UHGV virus genome: UHGV-1828728 | Direction: 5' to 3' (one strand) | DNA from: a virus | Length of the DNA: 39,345 nt | In this document: positions 1 to 12,041 of the stretch, piece after piece | How positions within the stretch are numbered: the first letter of the stretch is position 1 | Layout: each line of letters starts with the position of its first letter | Made by a program: the position numbers and the translations under genes | The notes under the pieces: generated by a model | The model's input: the letters and a program-made list of their open reading frames with translations, nothing else | Told to the model about the DNA's origin: nothing | Database searches by the model: none

Positions 1-180
1 ACGTGTTCCTTTGGGCAGGATAGAGCAAGTCGCCTGCTTAATTGCTGAAGAAAGAAATACAAATTTGTAACGCTGTGGATCTTCTTTATGCGTCCACAAT
101 CAGTAAATATTGGATACTTGCAAGGTGCGCGAAACACTAAAGATTGTCAATTAATAATTAACACCTCTTATAGTTACTAG

Positions 181-208
181 AAATAAAAATCCCCTGTATT
201 AACAGGGG
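181..208 (-). terminator. rho-independent terminator downstream of ssb
   Basis: Stem CCCCTGT/ACAGGGG (191-197/202-208) with 4-nt loop; A-run 181-190 on + strand gives a U-tract on the minus-strand transcript just after the ssb stop. Confidence 0.55.
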
Positions 209-248
209 CCTGTGTATGAACTATTTACAAATAACTCACAAGTTAACT

Positions 249-737
249 CTAAAACGGAATATCGTCGTCAAAGTCCATTGGAGGTTCGTTATTGGCGCTG
301 CTCTGAGGTTTGCCGCCACCGCTGTATTGCTGGTGGTTTTGAGGTTGGTTTGATTGCCCCCAGCCATTTGAGGACTGTGAATCGTCGCGGCGGGCGCCGA
401 TCATTTGCATAGTTCCGCCCTGGCTGACGATAATTTCCGTCGTGTAACGTTCTACACCGGCGTCATCTGTCCACTTACGGGTTTTAAGTTTCCCTTCGAT
501 GTAGACCTGAGAACCTTTTCGTAAATACTCACTCGCAATTTCAGCAAGTTTCCCGAACAAAACGACTCTATGCCATTCTGTTTGCTCTTTCTGTTGGCCC
601 GTTTGCTTGTCGCGCCATGATTCATTCGTTGCGATGCTGAGTCTTCCGACCGCTCCGCCATTTGGTATATACCTGATCTCCGGGTCTTGCCCCAGGGTAC
701 CAATCAGGATGACTTTGTTTACACCGCGTTGTGCCAC
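249..737 (-). CDS. ssb: single-stranded DNA-binding protein
   Basis: 162-aa product with clear similarity to E. coli SSB from memory (N-terminal [16 protein letters not shown]-terminal acidic tail [11 protein letters not shown]); GTG start with AGGT 7 nt upstream. Confidence 0.9.
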   Translation of the reverse strand: MAQRGVNKVILIGTLGQDPEIRYIPNGGAVGRLSIATNESWRDKQTGQQKEQTEWHRVVLFGKLAEIASEYLRKGSQVYIEGKLKTRKWTDDAGVERYTTEIIVSQGGTMQMIGARRDDSQSSNGWGQSNQPQNHQQYSGGGKPQSSANNEPPMDFDDDIPF

Positions 738-756
738 TTATCTTACCTAATAAAAT

Positions 757-773
757 AAATTAATTAGAGCAAT
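757..773 (-). promoter_or_regulatory. C1 operator-like site in ssb/lyz divergent region
   Basis: Reverse complement ATTGCTCTAATTAATTT matches the P1 C1 operator consensus ATTGCTCTAATAAATTT (from memory) at 16/17 positions. Confidence 0.5.
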
Positions 774-798
774 AATGTATATCTTTGAAACGTAGCTA

Positions 799-819
799 AC
801 AAGTGATTTGCATTATCCT
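799..819 (+). promoter_or_regulatory. candidate late-type promoter upstream of lyz
   Basis: ACAAGTGAT (799-807), 6-nt spacer, then TATCCT (TANNNT) at 814-819; same motif and spacing upstream of prt. Assignment as Lpa-dependent promoter is inference. Confidence 0.25.
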
Positions 820-906
820 GTGCCTTCTAAAGGGATCGAGTCAGTCGGTATTGGCTGTGAATGGGTGTTTGTCCTGGAGCGTAAAAAATTCGCTTATGAG
901 GTCTTT

Positions 907-1464
907 ATGAAGGGAAAAACAGCCGCAGGAGGCGGTGCAATTTGCGCTATCGCGGTGATGATTACCATCGTGATGGGTAATGGCAATGTGCGAACCAACC
1001 AGGCGGGGCTTGAGCTGATTGGTAACGCTGAAGGTTGCCGACGTGATCCATACATGTGCCCGGCGGGGGTATGGACTGACGGGATCGGTAATACACACGG
1101 GGTAACGCCGGGTGTGCGAAAAACCGACCAGCAAATCGCCGCTGATTGGGAAAAGAATATCCTGATCGCTGAACGCTGTATTAATCAGCACTTCCGGGGC
1201 AAAGACATGCCCGATAATGCCTTCAGTGCAATGACAAGCGCGGCATTCAATATGGGATGCAATAGCTTACGGACCTACTACAGCAAAGCGCGAGGCATGC
1301 GAGTAGAAACGTCCATCCACAAGTGGGCGCAGAAAGGGGAATGGGTGAATATGTGTAACCATCTCCCTGATTTCGTGAACAGTAACGGCGTGCCCCTGCG
1401 AGGTTTAAAGATTCGCCGTGAAAAAGAACGCCAGCTTTGCCTGACGGGGCTTGTCAATGAATAA
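907..1464 (+). CDS. lyz: SAR endolysin (lysozyme)
   Basis: 185-aa product starting MKGKTAAGGGAICAIAVMITIVMG (N-terminal signal-anchor-release region) followed by a lysozyme-like domain; matches P1 Lyz from memory. ATG 907 with GAGG upstream; the track ORF from 808 is an upstream extension. Confidence 0.9.
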   Translation: MKGKTAAGGGAICAIAVMITIVMGNGNVRTNQAGLELIGNAEGCRRDPYMCPAGVWTDGIGNTHGVTPGVRKTDQQIAADWEKNILIAERCINQHFRGKDMPDNAFSAMTSAAFNMGCNSLRTYYSKARGMRVETSIHKWAQKGEWVNMCNHLPDFVNSNGVPLRGLKIRREKERQLCLTGLVNE

Positions 1465-1705
1465 ACTCCGGCAGCTCCGCCGACTTTCGACAATGAAGTT
1501 ATCGCTGGCGGCGATAGTTTTTGACTCGATTTTCATGGCGGTATATGTGCTCAATGAGACGTGGCCACTGGAACCGCTATTGTATGCCGGGCTTCGGCTG
1601 TGCCTGACATTTTTGAGCATGGCTGCGAGATTGATGCAGCAGAAAGAAACCGCTTCAGATTGTCCACGCCGCGCGGTGCGCAAATATATGGCACGAAGGC
1701 GATAA
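1457..1705 (+). CDS. small membrane protein, translationally coupled to lyz (holin/lysis-accessory-like)
   Basis: ATG 1457 overlaps the lyz stop (AATGAATAA); 82 aa with two hydrophobic segments and a basic C-terminus. Function inferred from position and topology only. Confidence 0.5.
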   Translation: MNKLRQLRRLSTMKLSLAAIVFDSIFMAVYVLNETWPLEPLLYAGLRLCLTFLSMAARLMQQKETASDCPRRAVRKYMARRR

Positions 1706-1708
1706 TAG

Positions 1709-1737
1709 TTAACGAGAACCCCGGCAGCTGCCGGGGT
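1709..1737. terminator. bidirectional intrinsic terminator between lyz operon and pro
   Basis: Perfect palindrome ACCCCGGCAG/CTGCCGGGGT (1709-1728) followed by TTATTTTT on + strand; sits between convergent genes. Confidence 0.7.
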
Positions 1738-1749
1738 TATTTTTGGTGG

Positions 1750-4480
<2,731 letters not shown>

Positions 4481-4514
4481 TTAATTAGAATAATTCGCAT
4501 CGTGTTTGAACGGA

Positions 4515-4535
4515 AATTTAACACTAGTCACTTGT
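4515..4535 (-). promoter_or_regulatory. candidate late-type promoter for prt inside a 21-bp palindromic element
   Basis: Minus strand reads ACAAGTGAC, 6-nt spacer, TAAATT, about 40 nt upstream of the prt start; + strand shows palindrome TTAACA-CTAGTCACT-TGTTAA. Confidence 0.25.
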
Positions 4536-4547
4536 TAAGGATTACCA

Positions 4548-7500
4548 ATGAACAAGCTATCTATGGGGGTGTTTCGCTGTTCAAGTGTCAGCGAAATATT
4601 GAAATACATTAGTGCAATAACATCTCACCGAGCGCCGATTAGATACGGCGTGGAAAAGGTGGAAGGCAAAAGCTATGACCGACTACGCCGGGAGGCGAAT
4701 CAGAAGGCGATAGATTTGCTTAATTCGCTGGTGGACGGCGCGACACTGACAGATGAACAGCGCCAGATCCTGGCTGGGTACACCGGCGAAGGCGGCATTG
4801 GCGGGTCCGTCTCCGAATATTACACACCAAAGCCGATCGCTGAAGGTGTCTGGGAGATCATGAAGCTCTACGGCGCGGACGTAGGTAACACTCTGGAACC
4901 ATCGGCGGGAACCGGCGTTTTTAATGAGACAAAACCGGTTGGTACGGTGATGACCGCGACTGAGATCAGCAGTGTTTCCGGTCGTATAAACCAGCTGTTG
5001 CACCCGGAAGACAGCGTACAGATTTCTCCGTTCGAACAACTGGCTGTAAGCACGCCTAACGATTCATTCGACCATGTTGTGGGTAACGTTCCGTTCGGTG
5101 GTCGTGATAACACACGCAACATCGATAAGCCTTACGCAGAAGAAACGGACATGGGTTCTTACTTCATGCTCCGCATGCTGGACAAGATAAAGCCAGGCGG
5201 ATTCATGTGCGTGATTGTGCCGCCGTCCATTGTTTCAGGTTCAAACATGAAGCGGTTACGCCTGCGCCTATCACGGAAAGCTGAATTTCTTGGTGCCCAC
5301 CGCTTGCCTACCGGTACTTTTGACGCAAACGGGACCAGTACAGTTGTTGATGTGGTGCTGATGCGCAAACATCCGGCAGAGATGGCTGAGAAAATCCCCC
5401 TGGTGGATGAAAGCACTCTCGAATCGGCAAATGTGCTTTGGCCAACGTTTATTTCTGGCAAGTGGTTTGAAAAGGACGGCCGCCGGTTTGTTCATGGCAC
5501 CCAGGAAAAGGGCTTCCAGGGGCGTATTGAGGTTCGTGCCGACGGTCAGATTGATAACCAGGCTCTTAAAGCGAAGCTGATTCATCGTTTCGAAAGCCGT
5601 ATCGACTGGTCTTTGCTCGATATGGCTGAACCGTCACCGACCGCAGACGTTGTTGGTGAAGGGGAAATGCGCCTGATTAATGGCGTATGGCAAAAATATG
5701 CTGGTGGTCGCTGGATTGAAGCTGATGCCGGGAAGGAACTTAAGATCGATGCTGCCAGTTATGGCGCGGATAGCTGGGAGGCTCTTCAGCGTAACCTGAC
5801 TACAACAGAAGGCCGTCTCGGCATGACATTTACCCAGATGGCAAATGTCCGCGATAAGTACACCACATCAATCAGCGACGATATGGTGCAGCTGGTGGAC
5901 TGGATTAACAGCCAGCCTGAAAAATACCGTGAACGCTTGTATCGCGGGGCGATGATTGGCCGGATGTTAATTGAATATCAGGACATGAAGGCCGCCGGGC
6001 ATAGTGCTGAACAAATCGAACAGCAGCGCCTTTCTCTGGTATCCCGTTTGCAGGCAGAGATTGACCGTTTTGGTAACCCCGGTCGCGGTCCGATAGCGAA
6101 ATTGTCGGGGAGCGGTGCGCGCGCCTGGTTTGCTTTCCGTGGTGCAATTAAGCTGGATGGCACTATTTCTGACGAGCTGACAGGGAAGCTGGTTACGCAT
6201 GATTCCAGCGCAAGTTATGACTCCACCAGCTATCAGGACACCCTGCGTTATCTCTATAGCGATCTCACCCGCGATCCAATCCAGCTCGATGATTTCCGCC
6301 TTGCGTTTACCGGCGAACTGCCAGCCAGTGATGAAGAGTTGCTTAATTTATTGGCCAGCACCCCCAGCGGCGACATTAACGAGATAGTGGCTCCAAAACA
6401 GGAATTCCTCGCCACACTCCCCGACGGTCCAGTAAAGAACAACGTCCTTAATCAGCTGGCAGCTATCGAAGAGAAGCGCATCAAGACGCCAGCAGAGAAT
6501 ATCCGGTTTAAGCTCAATAGCCGTTGGTTCGACCGTTCCGTCATTCTGGAATTTTTGCAGGAAAACGGCTATCCGGATCTGCGCTATGTGCAGTCAGTGC
6601 AGCTGGAAGGCGACGAAATGGTTTCTGACACCTATCACGGTGGTGATGGTCTGTTCGTCGGGCACCGATACGGTGTCGTCCAGCGCAAGGATAAAGAAAC
6701 AGGTGAGATTCGCTACGAGTGGGACCGTAAATCAGGTGAAAACGCGACCGGGTTCCCGGCACAGCTGGAAAAGTATCTCAATGGTGCGCGTATCGGTGGC
6801 AAAGATAGCGCGACGGCGAACGGCTACCGCGAGCAGATGGCACTGCTTGAGGACCAGTTCAATAAGTGGATCAAGACGCACGATCGCTACGATGAGCTGG
6901 TTGCCAAATACAACGATGTGTTCAATAGCAATATCCCGTATGAACACTCTGGCGATCCGCTTGGGTTGAAGGGATTAAGCGGTAAGCGCCAGCCATTTGA
7001 TTACCAGAATAGCGAGGTGCGCCGACTGTCCGAAGATGGGCGCGGCATCCTGGGCTTCGGCACCGGGCTGGGTAAAACCACGACCGCGCTGGCGCTTGAG
7101 GCGTTCAACTATGAGAACGGTCGCTCCACCCGTACTGCGTATGTAGTGCCTAAATCAGTGCTGGAAAATTGGTATTACGAAGCAAAAGAATTCCTGAGTG
7201 AAGAGGCATTCAGTAACTACTTGTTCGTCGGTCTTGATGTGCTGATGGATGGCGATCAGATTCGCCAGGTGCCGGTGCTCAATGAGAACGGTAAACCTGT
7301 TCTTGGTACTGATGGCACTCCAGTTATGCGCGATGCTCTTAAGCTGGCAGATGAAGCCACTATCACGGCGCGGATGAACGCGATCCCGCACTCAAATTAC
7401 CGTGCAGTCGTGTTTACCAAAGAACAATACGCCCGCATTCCGCTACGTGATGACACCGTAGATGAGCATGCACAAGACATGCTTTATGACTTCGTTGCCG

Positions 7501-10500
7501 CCGGGCGCGTAGCCAGCGCAATGGACTCCGACTCCCACCGCAAAGAGGCGGCGCGTCGCCGGGTATTGTCGGAGTATTCAGATACCGGTACCGAAAAAGC
7601 AGAGAAGTATCCGTACTTTGAGGATATGGGCTTCGACAGCGTGATTGCTGACGAAGGCCACAACTACCGCAATAGCTATAAAAATGGTCGCGAAGCGTCA
7701 CAGCTGGCCTATCTGCCCACCAGCGCGGTGGCGCAATCGGCGCGAGATATGGCAATCAAAAACGCGTACTTGATGAAAAAGAATGGCGGGCGCGGACCGG
7801 TTCTCCTGACTGCAACACCAGTCGTTAACACCCCGATCGATGCATACAACATGCTTTCTCATGTTCTGCCGAAGGAATACTGGCAGAAGATGGGGATCTA
7901 CAGTCCTGATGACTTCGTAAAATTCTTCGGCAAGACCAGGCTGGAAACGGTACAGAAAATCAGCGGCGAAGTTGAAGAAAAAATGGCGCTGGTGGGTTTT
8001 GAAAACCTTGATGCGCTGCGCGGCATATTCCATCGCTGGACAACGCTTAAAACAGCGGAAGACGTTAAGGATACCGTGGAGATCCCGGAACTGGACGAAC
8101 ACCAGCAGGATGCACCACTTACTGAAGAACAACTGGCGGCGTATGAAGAATTGCGTCAGCAGGCGGAAGCGGCGGCCAAAGCCAACAATGGTGTAACGAC
8201 CTCGGTCAATGAAGACGGCGTGATTGAGCACGAGAAAGCCCGTCCGATCTTCTCAATAATCAGGGATATGGACCGCGTATGTACTGACATGGACCTGTAC
8301 TATCGCCGGATCACCTATCGTTTCCTGCCGGAGTACGCCGATGCGGTGCAGCAGCTGGCAGACAGTTTGCCTAAACAAGCCACCAGCGAAGACGACGACA
8401 GTGATGATTCAATCACGCAGCAATCGCAATACTCCCTGATAGATAAGGGCGAGTTTATTCAGTTGCAGGTTCCGGAAGCGTTCGAGCAGGAAGTGAATAA
8501 GCGCCTGGCCAGGTTTGGCATTGACGAACAGACCGTAACTCACCCCGTTACGCCCAAATACGCGAAGCTGATTGCCACGCTGAAGGAGTTTTTCCCGGAA
8601 GGGAAGCAAATCATCTTCACCGATGAAAAAACGCAGCACCAGAAGCTCAAGCGCATTATCTGCAATGCTCTTAACCTTGAACCTTCAAAGGTGGGGATAC
8701 TGAATGCTCAGACGGTTGCCGAGGCAGGTAAAACCGGTAAGAAACTGAAAGCGGTTAAACCGCCGAAAGAGTTACCGGATGAACCAACAGATGCACAGAT
8801 AGCGAAATACAACGAGCAAATGGCTCTGTATGACGCCTATATCGCGCAGCAAAATGAAATGTCGTTGGGCGGTCTGGAAAAGATTGCAGCCGACTTCCAG
8901 GAGGGCCGGACTCCGATCATCATCTGCAACAAAAAGGCAGAGGTGGGTATCAACCTGCATCGAGGAACGACTGACATCCATCATCTGACGTTGCCATGGA
9001 CTCCAGCCAGTATTGCGCAACGAAACGGTCGCGGTGCCCGAGTTGGCTCCAACCGTGCAAGCGTTCGCGTTCACTACTACTGCGGCAAGGGTTCTTTCGA
9101 TGAATACCGACTGAAGACGCTGAAGCGTAAAGCAGGCTGGATCTCCGATATCCTCCGTTCAGATAAGTCAGAAATGGAGAACGCCGACGCCAACGATATG
9201 ATCGAAATGCAGATGTATACCGCTAAGGATGATGGCGAACGTCTGGCAATGATGCAGGTTCAAATGGATAAGGCGAAAGCCGCGCAACGCGCTCGCCAGA
9301 AAGAACAGGCTACTATCGACCTTCAGAACTACATCAAGGCGCAGCACGCAGCTGGTGAGGATGTGGAGGTGCTTACCGCTGAATTAGAGCGAAGCAAAGC
9401 GGAACTTGAAAAGACCACCGCCGACGTCGCCAAATTCAAACAGGCGGTAATGGCCAAAGCAGCTGATAACGCAGACTGGAAAGCCCGCTGGGGTAGCGTC
9501 CATCACACAGACCGTACGTTGTTAGCACAGTATCGCGCGTCGTTGAAAAGCGCCATTCAGCGCAAGGCTAATATCTCTCAGGCCATCTCCCGCTATGAGA
9601 AATTATTGAACCGTACTCAGAAGGCCGCGACGGATATCAAACGCCTGCGCCCGCTGGTGGAGGATGCAATAAATAAAGGCATTCTGGATGTTGATCCTGA
9701 TCTGGTTAACCATGCGAATGAGTTCCTTGTTATCGGCGATCGCTCATGGCGTGTAGGCCAATACTATGATTGTGCCGGTGATATCGTTCGCATTAAGTCG
9801 CTGGACTTCGACAGCCAGCGCGCAGACGTGGAGATCATCTTTACCTTCAAAGGCACCAAATCGGGTAACTGGGATGTGAAGACGCTGGATAAACAGGTTG
9901 ATGTAACTCCCGATGAAGATGCTGTTATGCAGAAAATCAGTGGTGGCGTCTCCATCGCCGGGATTAACGACATCATTTCCTGTGACGATTTCTACCGTTT
10001 CCAGCAGCGCGGCATGATCAAAATCACTGACTCATACGGCGTTCAGACTACAGAGTCAGGCTATAGCATCGATTTTGTTGGTACCTATACGGACCCACTG
10101 AAGCATGCGGTTTACCCGGATCGCCGTGACGGCGCGCTGAAGTCGTCAATTGCAAAATGGGTGCTTGGTATGATGTCGGAAGGGAATAACCGCCAGATCC
10201 GTTCGGCAGAAACATTCCTGGTTGAACTGTTTGGCTCCAATTATGGCGATGTAATCGCGTCATACGGAGATACGCTATCCCCTGAAGCAATTCAGGAGAA
10301 AATAGCGGATGCGATCGCCAGAATGCCGGAAAAAACAAGCCAGGGGGCTACTCGTAACGGGGATTCTGAACTTGAAGTCACCAATGCCATTTTCGGTACC
10401 AATGAGTTCCGGGCGTCAGATTATGAGATCACCACAGCACAGTTTGGCACCATTGGCATTTACAGCAATAAAGCCGAGATCAAGCAGGCAATGGACGCAG

Positions 10501-11264
10501 CAAGCGCGCGCATCGCAGCAGAACGGGAAGCCAATCTGAATCATGCAGTCGCCGCGCTGACTCAATCGTGGGTAACAGCAATCAGGGAGGCCGCCACCAC
10601 AGGGAAAATCACACCTGCAATAGCGGATGTCGTAAACGACGGCTCTAAATTTATGGATGCCTATCAAATGGATGCGGTGAAGTTGCCATCAGCCTATGGT
10701 CAACTCAGCTATCGCATGACCTACAACCTGGTATCAATGTTTTCCGACCTTGCCATCCTTGGGCTGGTGGATCTTAACGAGGTTACGCCGGAATTGCTCA
10801 GCATGCGCAAGAATCATGTGGAGATATTGCAGAGAATTAACACGGTTCTTGCCGGGCGCACCGATGAAGAGAAACAGGCCGACGCTGATCGGATAAACCT
10901 AGCCCTTGGCAACATCACGGAGGAAGAGATTGCCGCCAGAAACGAGAAACAAGAAGAGTTATCATCAATACAGGGTGATGCCACCAGCATAGCTCAGTCT
11001 CTTGGTCTGAATTATCGCGTATCCACCGCCGACCTGAAGATGATGTACGCACCAAAATTCGCCGCTGGCGAGGTATTTGGGCTTCAGGAAGCCTCAGGCA
11101 TGAAAGGCGTTCTTTTCCGTGCGAAAGACGCAATCAAGGCGAAATTCGGCGCTCGCTGGCTGCCAGCGAAGGCGAAGAACAGCGATTTCCCGGGTAACTG
11201 GTGGATTATCGAGACAAAACACAACGTGGCGGACGTTCTGGCCGTCATCCAACAATACGCATAA
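4548..11264 (+). CDS. darB: DarB-like antirestriction protein (methyltransferase-helicase fusion)
   Basis: 2238-aa ORF with ATG and AAGGA RBS. N-terminal region has an N6-adenine methyltransferase-like motif (VGNVPFGG); central region has SF2 helicase motifs (GFGTGLGKTT Walker A, VIADEGHNYRN DEGH box). Size and architecture match P1 DarB from memory. Confidence 0.85.
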   Translation: MNKLSMGVFRCSSVSEILKYISAITSHRAPIRYGVEKVEGKSYDRLRREANQKAIDLLNSLVDGATLTDEQRQILAGYTGEGGIGGSVSEYYTPKPIAEGVWEIMKLYGADVGNTLEPSAGTGVFNETKPVGTVMTATEISSVSGRINQLLHPEDSVQISPFEQLAVSTPNDSFDHVVGNVPFGGRDNTRNIDKPYAEETDMGSYFMLRMLDKIKPGGFMCVIVPPSIVSGSNMKRLRLRLSRKAEFLGAHRLPTGTFDANGTSTVVDVVLMRKHPAEMAEKIPLVDESTLESANVLWPTFISGKWFEKDGRRFVHGTQEKGFQGRIEVRADGQIDNQALKAKLIHRFESRIDWSLLDMAEPSPTADVVGEGEMRLINGVWQKYAGGRWIEADAGKELKIDAASYGADSWEALQRNLTTTEGRLGMTFTQMANVRDKYTTSISDDMVQLVDWINSQPEKYRERLYRGAMIGRMLIEYQDMKAAGHSAEQIEQQRLSLVSRLQAEIDRFGNPGRGPIAKLSGSGARAWFAFRGAIKLDGTISDELTGKLVTHDSSASYDSTSYQDTLRYLYSDLTRDPIQLDDFRLAFTGELPASDEELLNLLASTPSGDINEIVAPKQEFLATLPDGPVKNNVLNQLAAIEEKRIKTPAENIRFKLNSRWFDRSVILEFLQENGYPDLRYVQSVQLEGDEMVSDTYHGGDGLFVGHRYGVVQRKDKETGEIRYEWDRKSGENATGFPAQLEKYLNGARIGGKDSATANGYREQMALLEDQFNKWIKTHDRYDELVAKYNDVFNSNIPYEHSGDPLGLKGLSGKRQPFDYQNSEVRRLSEDGRGILGFGTGLGKTTTALALEAFNYENGRSTRTAYVVPKSVLENWYYEAKEFLSEEAFSNYLFVGLDVLMDGDQIRQVPVLNENGKPVLGTDGTPVMRDALKLADEATITARMNAIPHSNYRAVVFTKEQYARIPLRDDTVDEHAQDMLYDFVAAGRVASAMDSDSHRKEAARRRVLSEYSDTGTEKAEKYPYFEDMGFDSVIADEGHNYRNSYKNGREASQLAYLPTSAVAQSARDMAIKNAYLMKKNGGRGPVLLTATPVVNTPIDAYNMLSHVLPKEYWQKMGIYSPDDFVKFFGKTRLETVQKISGEVEEKMALVGFENLDALRGIFHRWTTLKTAEDVKDTVEIPELDEHQQDAPLTEEQLAAYEELRQQAEAAAKANNGVTTSVNEDGVIEHEKARPIFSIIRDMDRVCTDMDLYYRRITYRFLPEYADAVQQLADSLPKQATSEDDDSDDSITQQSQYSLIDKGEFIQLQVPEAFEQEVNKRLARFGIDEQTVTHPVTPKYAKLIATLKEFFPEGKQIIFTDEKTQHQKLKRIICNALNLEPSKVGILNAQTVAEAGKTGKKLKAVKPPKELPDEPTDAQIAKYNEQMALYDAYIAQQNEMSLGGLEKIAADFQEGRTPIIICNKKAEVGINLHRGTTDIHHLTLPWTPASIAQRNGRGARVGSNRASVRVHYYCGKGSFDEYRLKTLKRKAGWISDILRSDKSEMENADANDMIEMQMYTAKDDGERLAMMQVQMDKAKAAQRARQKEQATIDLQNYIKAQHAAGEDVEVLTAELERSKAELEKTTADVAKFKQAVMAKAADNADWKARWGSVHHTDRTLLAQYRASLKSAIQRKANISQAISRYEKLLNRTQKAATDIKRLRPLVEDAINKGILDVDPDLVNHANEFLVIGDRSWRVGQYYDCAGDIVRIKSLDFDSQRADVEIIFTFKGTKSGNWDVKTLDKQVDVTPDEDAVMQKISGGVSIAGINDIISCDDFYRFQQRGMIKITDSYGVQTTESGYSIDFVGTYTDPLKHAVYPDRRDGALKSSIAKWVLGMMSEGNNRQIRSAETFLVELFGSNYGDVIASYGDTLSPEAIQEKIADAIARMPEKTSQGATRNGDSELEVTNAIFGTNEFRASDYEITTAQFGTIGIYSNKAEIKQAMDAASARIAAEREANLNHAVAALTQSWVTAIREAATTGKITPAIADVVNDGSKFMDAYQMDAVKLPSAYGQLSYRMTYNLVSMFSDLAILGLVDLNEVTPELLSMRKNHVEILQRINTVLAGRTDEEKQADADRINLALGNITEEEIAARNEKQEELSSIQGDATSIAQSLGLNYRVSTADLKMMYAPKFAAGEVFGLQEASGMKGVLFRAKDAIKAKFGARWLPAKAKNSDFPGNWWIIETKHNVADVLAVIQQYA

Positions 11265-11297
11265 CAGGAGCGCCCGGTTCGCCGGGCGTCGCATAAT

Positions 11298-11738
11298 ATG
11301 GCCACACTATCTGATACAATAAAACCGAATAAAACATATCTTGAGGCGGTACTCCGTACAGCGTTGTTAGGAAAGACAGAAGACGAATACGTTGATTTCT
11401 TCCTGTCAGGGCTACGCGGGCGATTACTGAAAAATCCCCGCCTGTACCGCAGCTATGGTCCATACTGGCCGGAAATTAAAAAATTATTACTGGAGCGCGG
11501 TTATGGTAATTTCGGTCGTCTCGTTGACCGTGACGTTCGCAAAATTTACCGTTATGACCGCCCGGCGCTAACACTCATAGCCGCGACGCTCTACAGCCAG
11601 GAGCGTTTTGATAATGGTCAGATATACTCAGCCTGGCATTTACTGCCAGTGCCTGAAGAAGTTGACGACCAGGACTATGAGTTTGAGTCTTACGATTTGG
11701 AAGTTGAAGCCTTGGCACAGGCTGGAGAGAAAACTTGA
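11298..11738 (+). CDS. ulx: Ulx-like protein (downstream of darB)
   Basis: 146-aa ORF directly after darB in the same orientation; named by P1 synteny (darB-ulx-lxc) only. No SD seen before the ATG. Confidence 0.5.
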   Translation: MATLSDTIKPNKTYLEAVLRTALLGKTEDEYVDFFLSGLRGRLLKNPRLYRSYGPYWPEIKKLLLERGYGNFGRLVDRDVRKIYRYDRPALTLIAATLYSQERFDNGQIYSAWHLLPVPEEVDDQDYEFESYDLEVEALAQAGEKT

Positions 11739-11983
11739 AAAAGCGATACTACACAGTAAAGCATGGGACGCTACGAGCATTACAAGAGTTTGCTGATAAG
11801 CATAACGTTGAGGTGCGCAGGGAAGGGGGAAGTAAAGCTCTGCGCATGTACCGCCCGGACGGGAAATGGCGTACGGTCGTCGATTTCAAAACTAACAGCG
11901 TTCCCCAGGGCGTCCGCGACCGGGCATTCGAAGAATGGGAGCAAATCATCATAGATAATGCATTGCTCCTGAATGCTGATTAA
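11735..11983 (+). CDS. lxc: Lxc-like small protein (C1 co-repressor in P1)
   Basis: 82-aa ORF with TTG start overlapping the ulx stop (TTGA); position and size fit P1 lxc from memory. Confidence 0.45.
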   Translation: MKKRYYTVKHGTLRALQEFADKHNVEVRREGGSKALRMYRPDGKWRTVVDFKTNSVPQGVRDRAFEEWEQIIIDNALLLNAD

Positions 11984-11987
11984 GTTT

Positions 11988-12020
11988 GTCTAGCCCGGTT
12001 AATACCGGGCTGGTTTAGAC
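11988..12020. terminator. hairpin terminator at the lxc / cassette junction
   Basis: Imperfect hairpin GTCTAGCCCGG-TTAATA-CCGGGCTGGTTTAGAC between convergent genes; T-richness after it is only moderate. Confidence 0.45.
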
Positions 12021-12041
12021 ATCTTAAGTGGGTGTTAATTT

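Noticed and set aside
212-412. 66-aa + strand ORF
   Set aside because: Lies entirely antisense to ssb; no RBS; treated as a spurious overlapping frame.
4487-4504. Possible C1 operator in the prt-darB intergenic region (TTAATTAGAATAATT)
   Set aside because: Only about 10/14 to the operator core and lacks the GCTCT centre; too degenerate to call.
4683-11133. Numerous 60-180 aa ORFs on both strands inside darB (for example 7698-8231)
   Set aside because: All are embedded in or antisense to the continuous 2238-aa darB reading frame.
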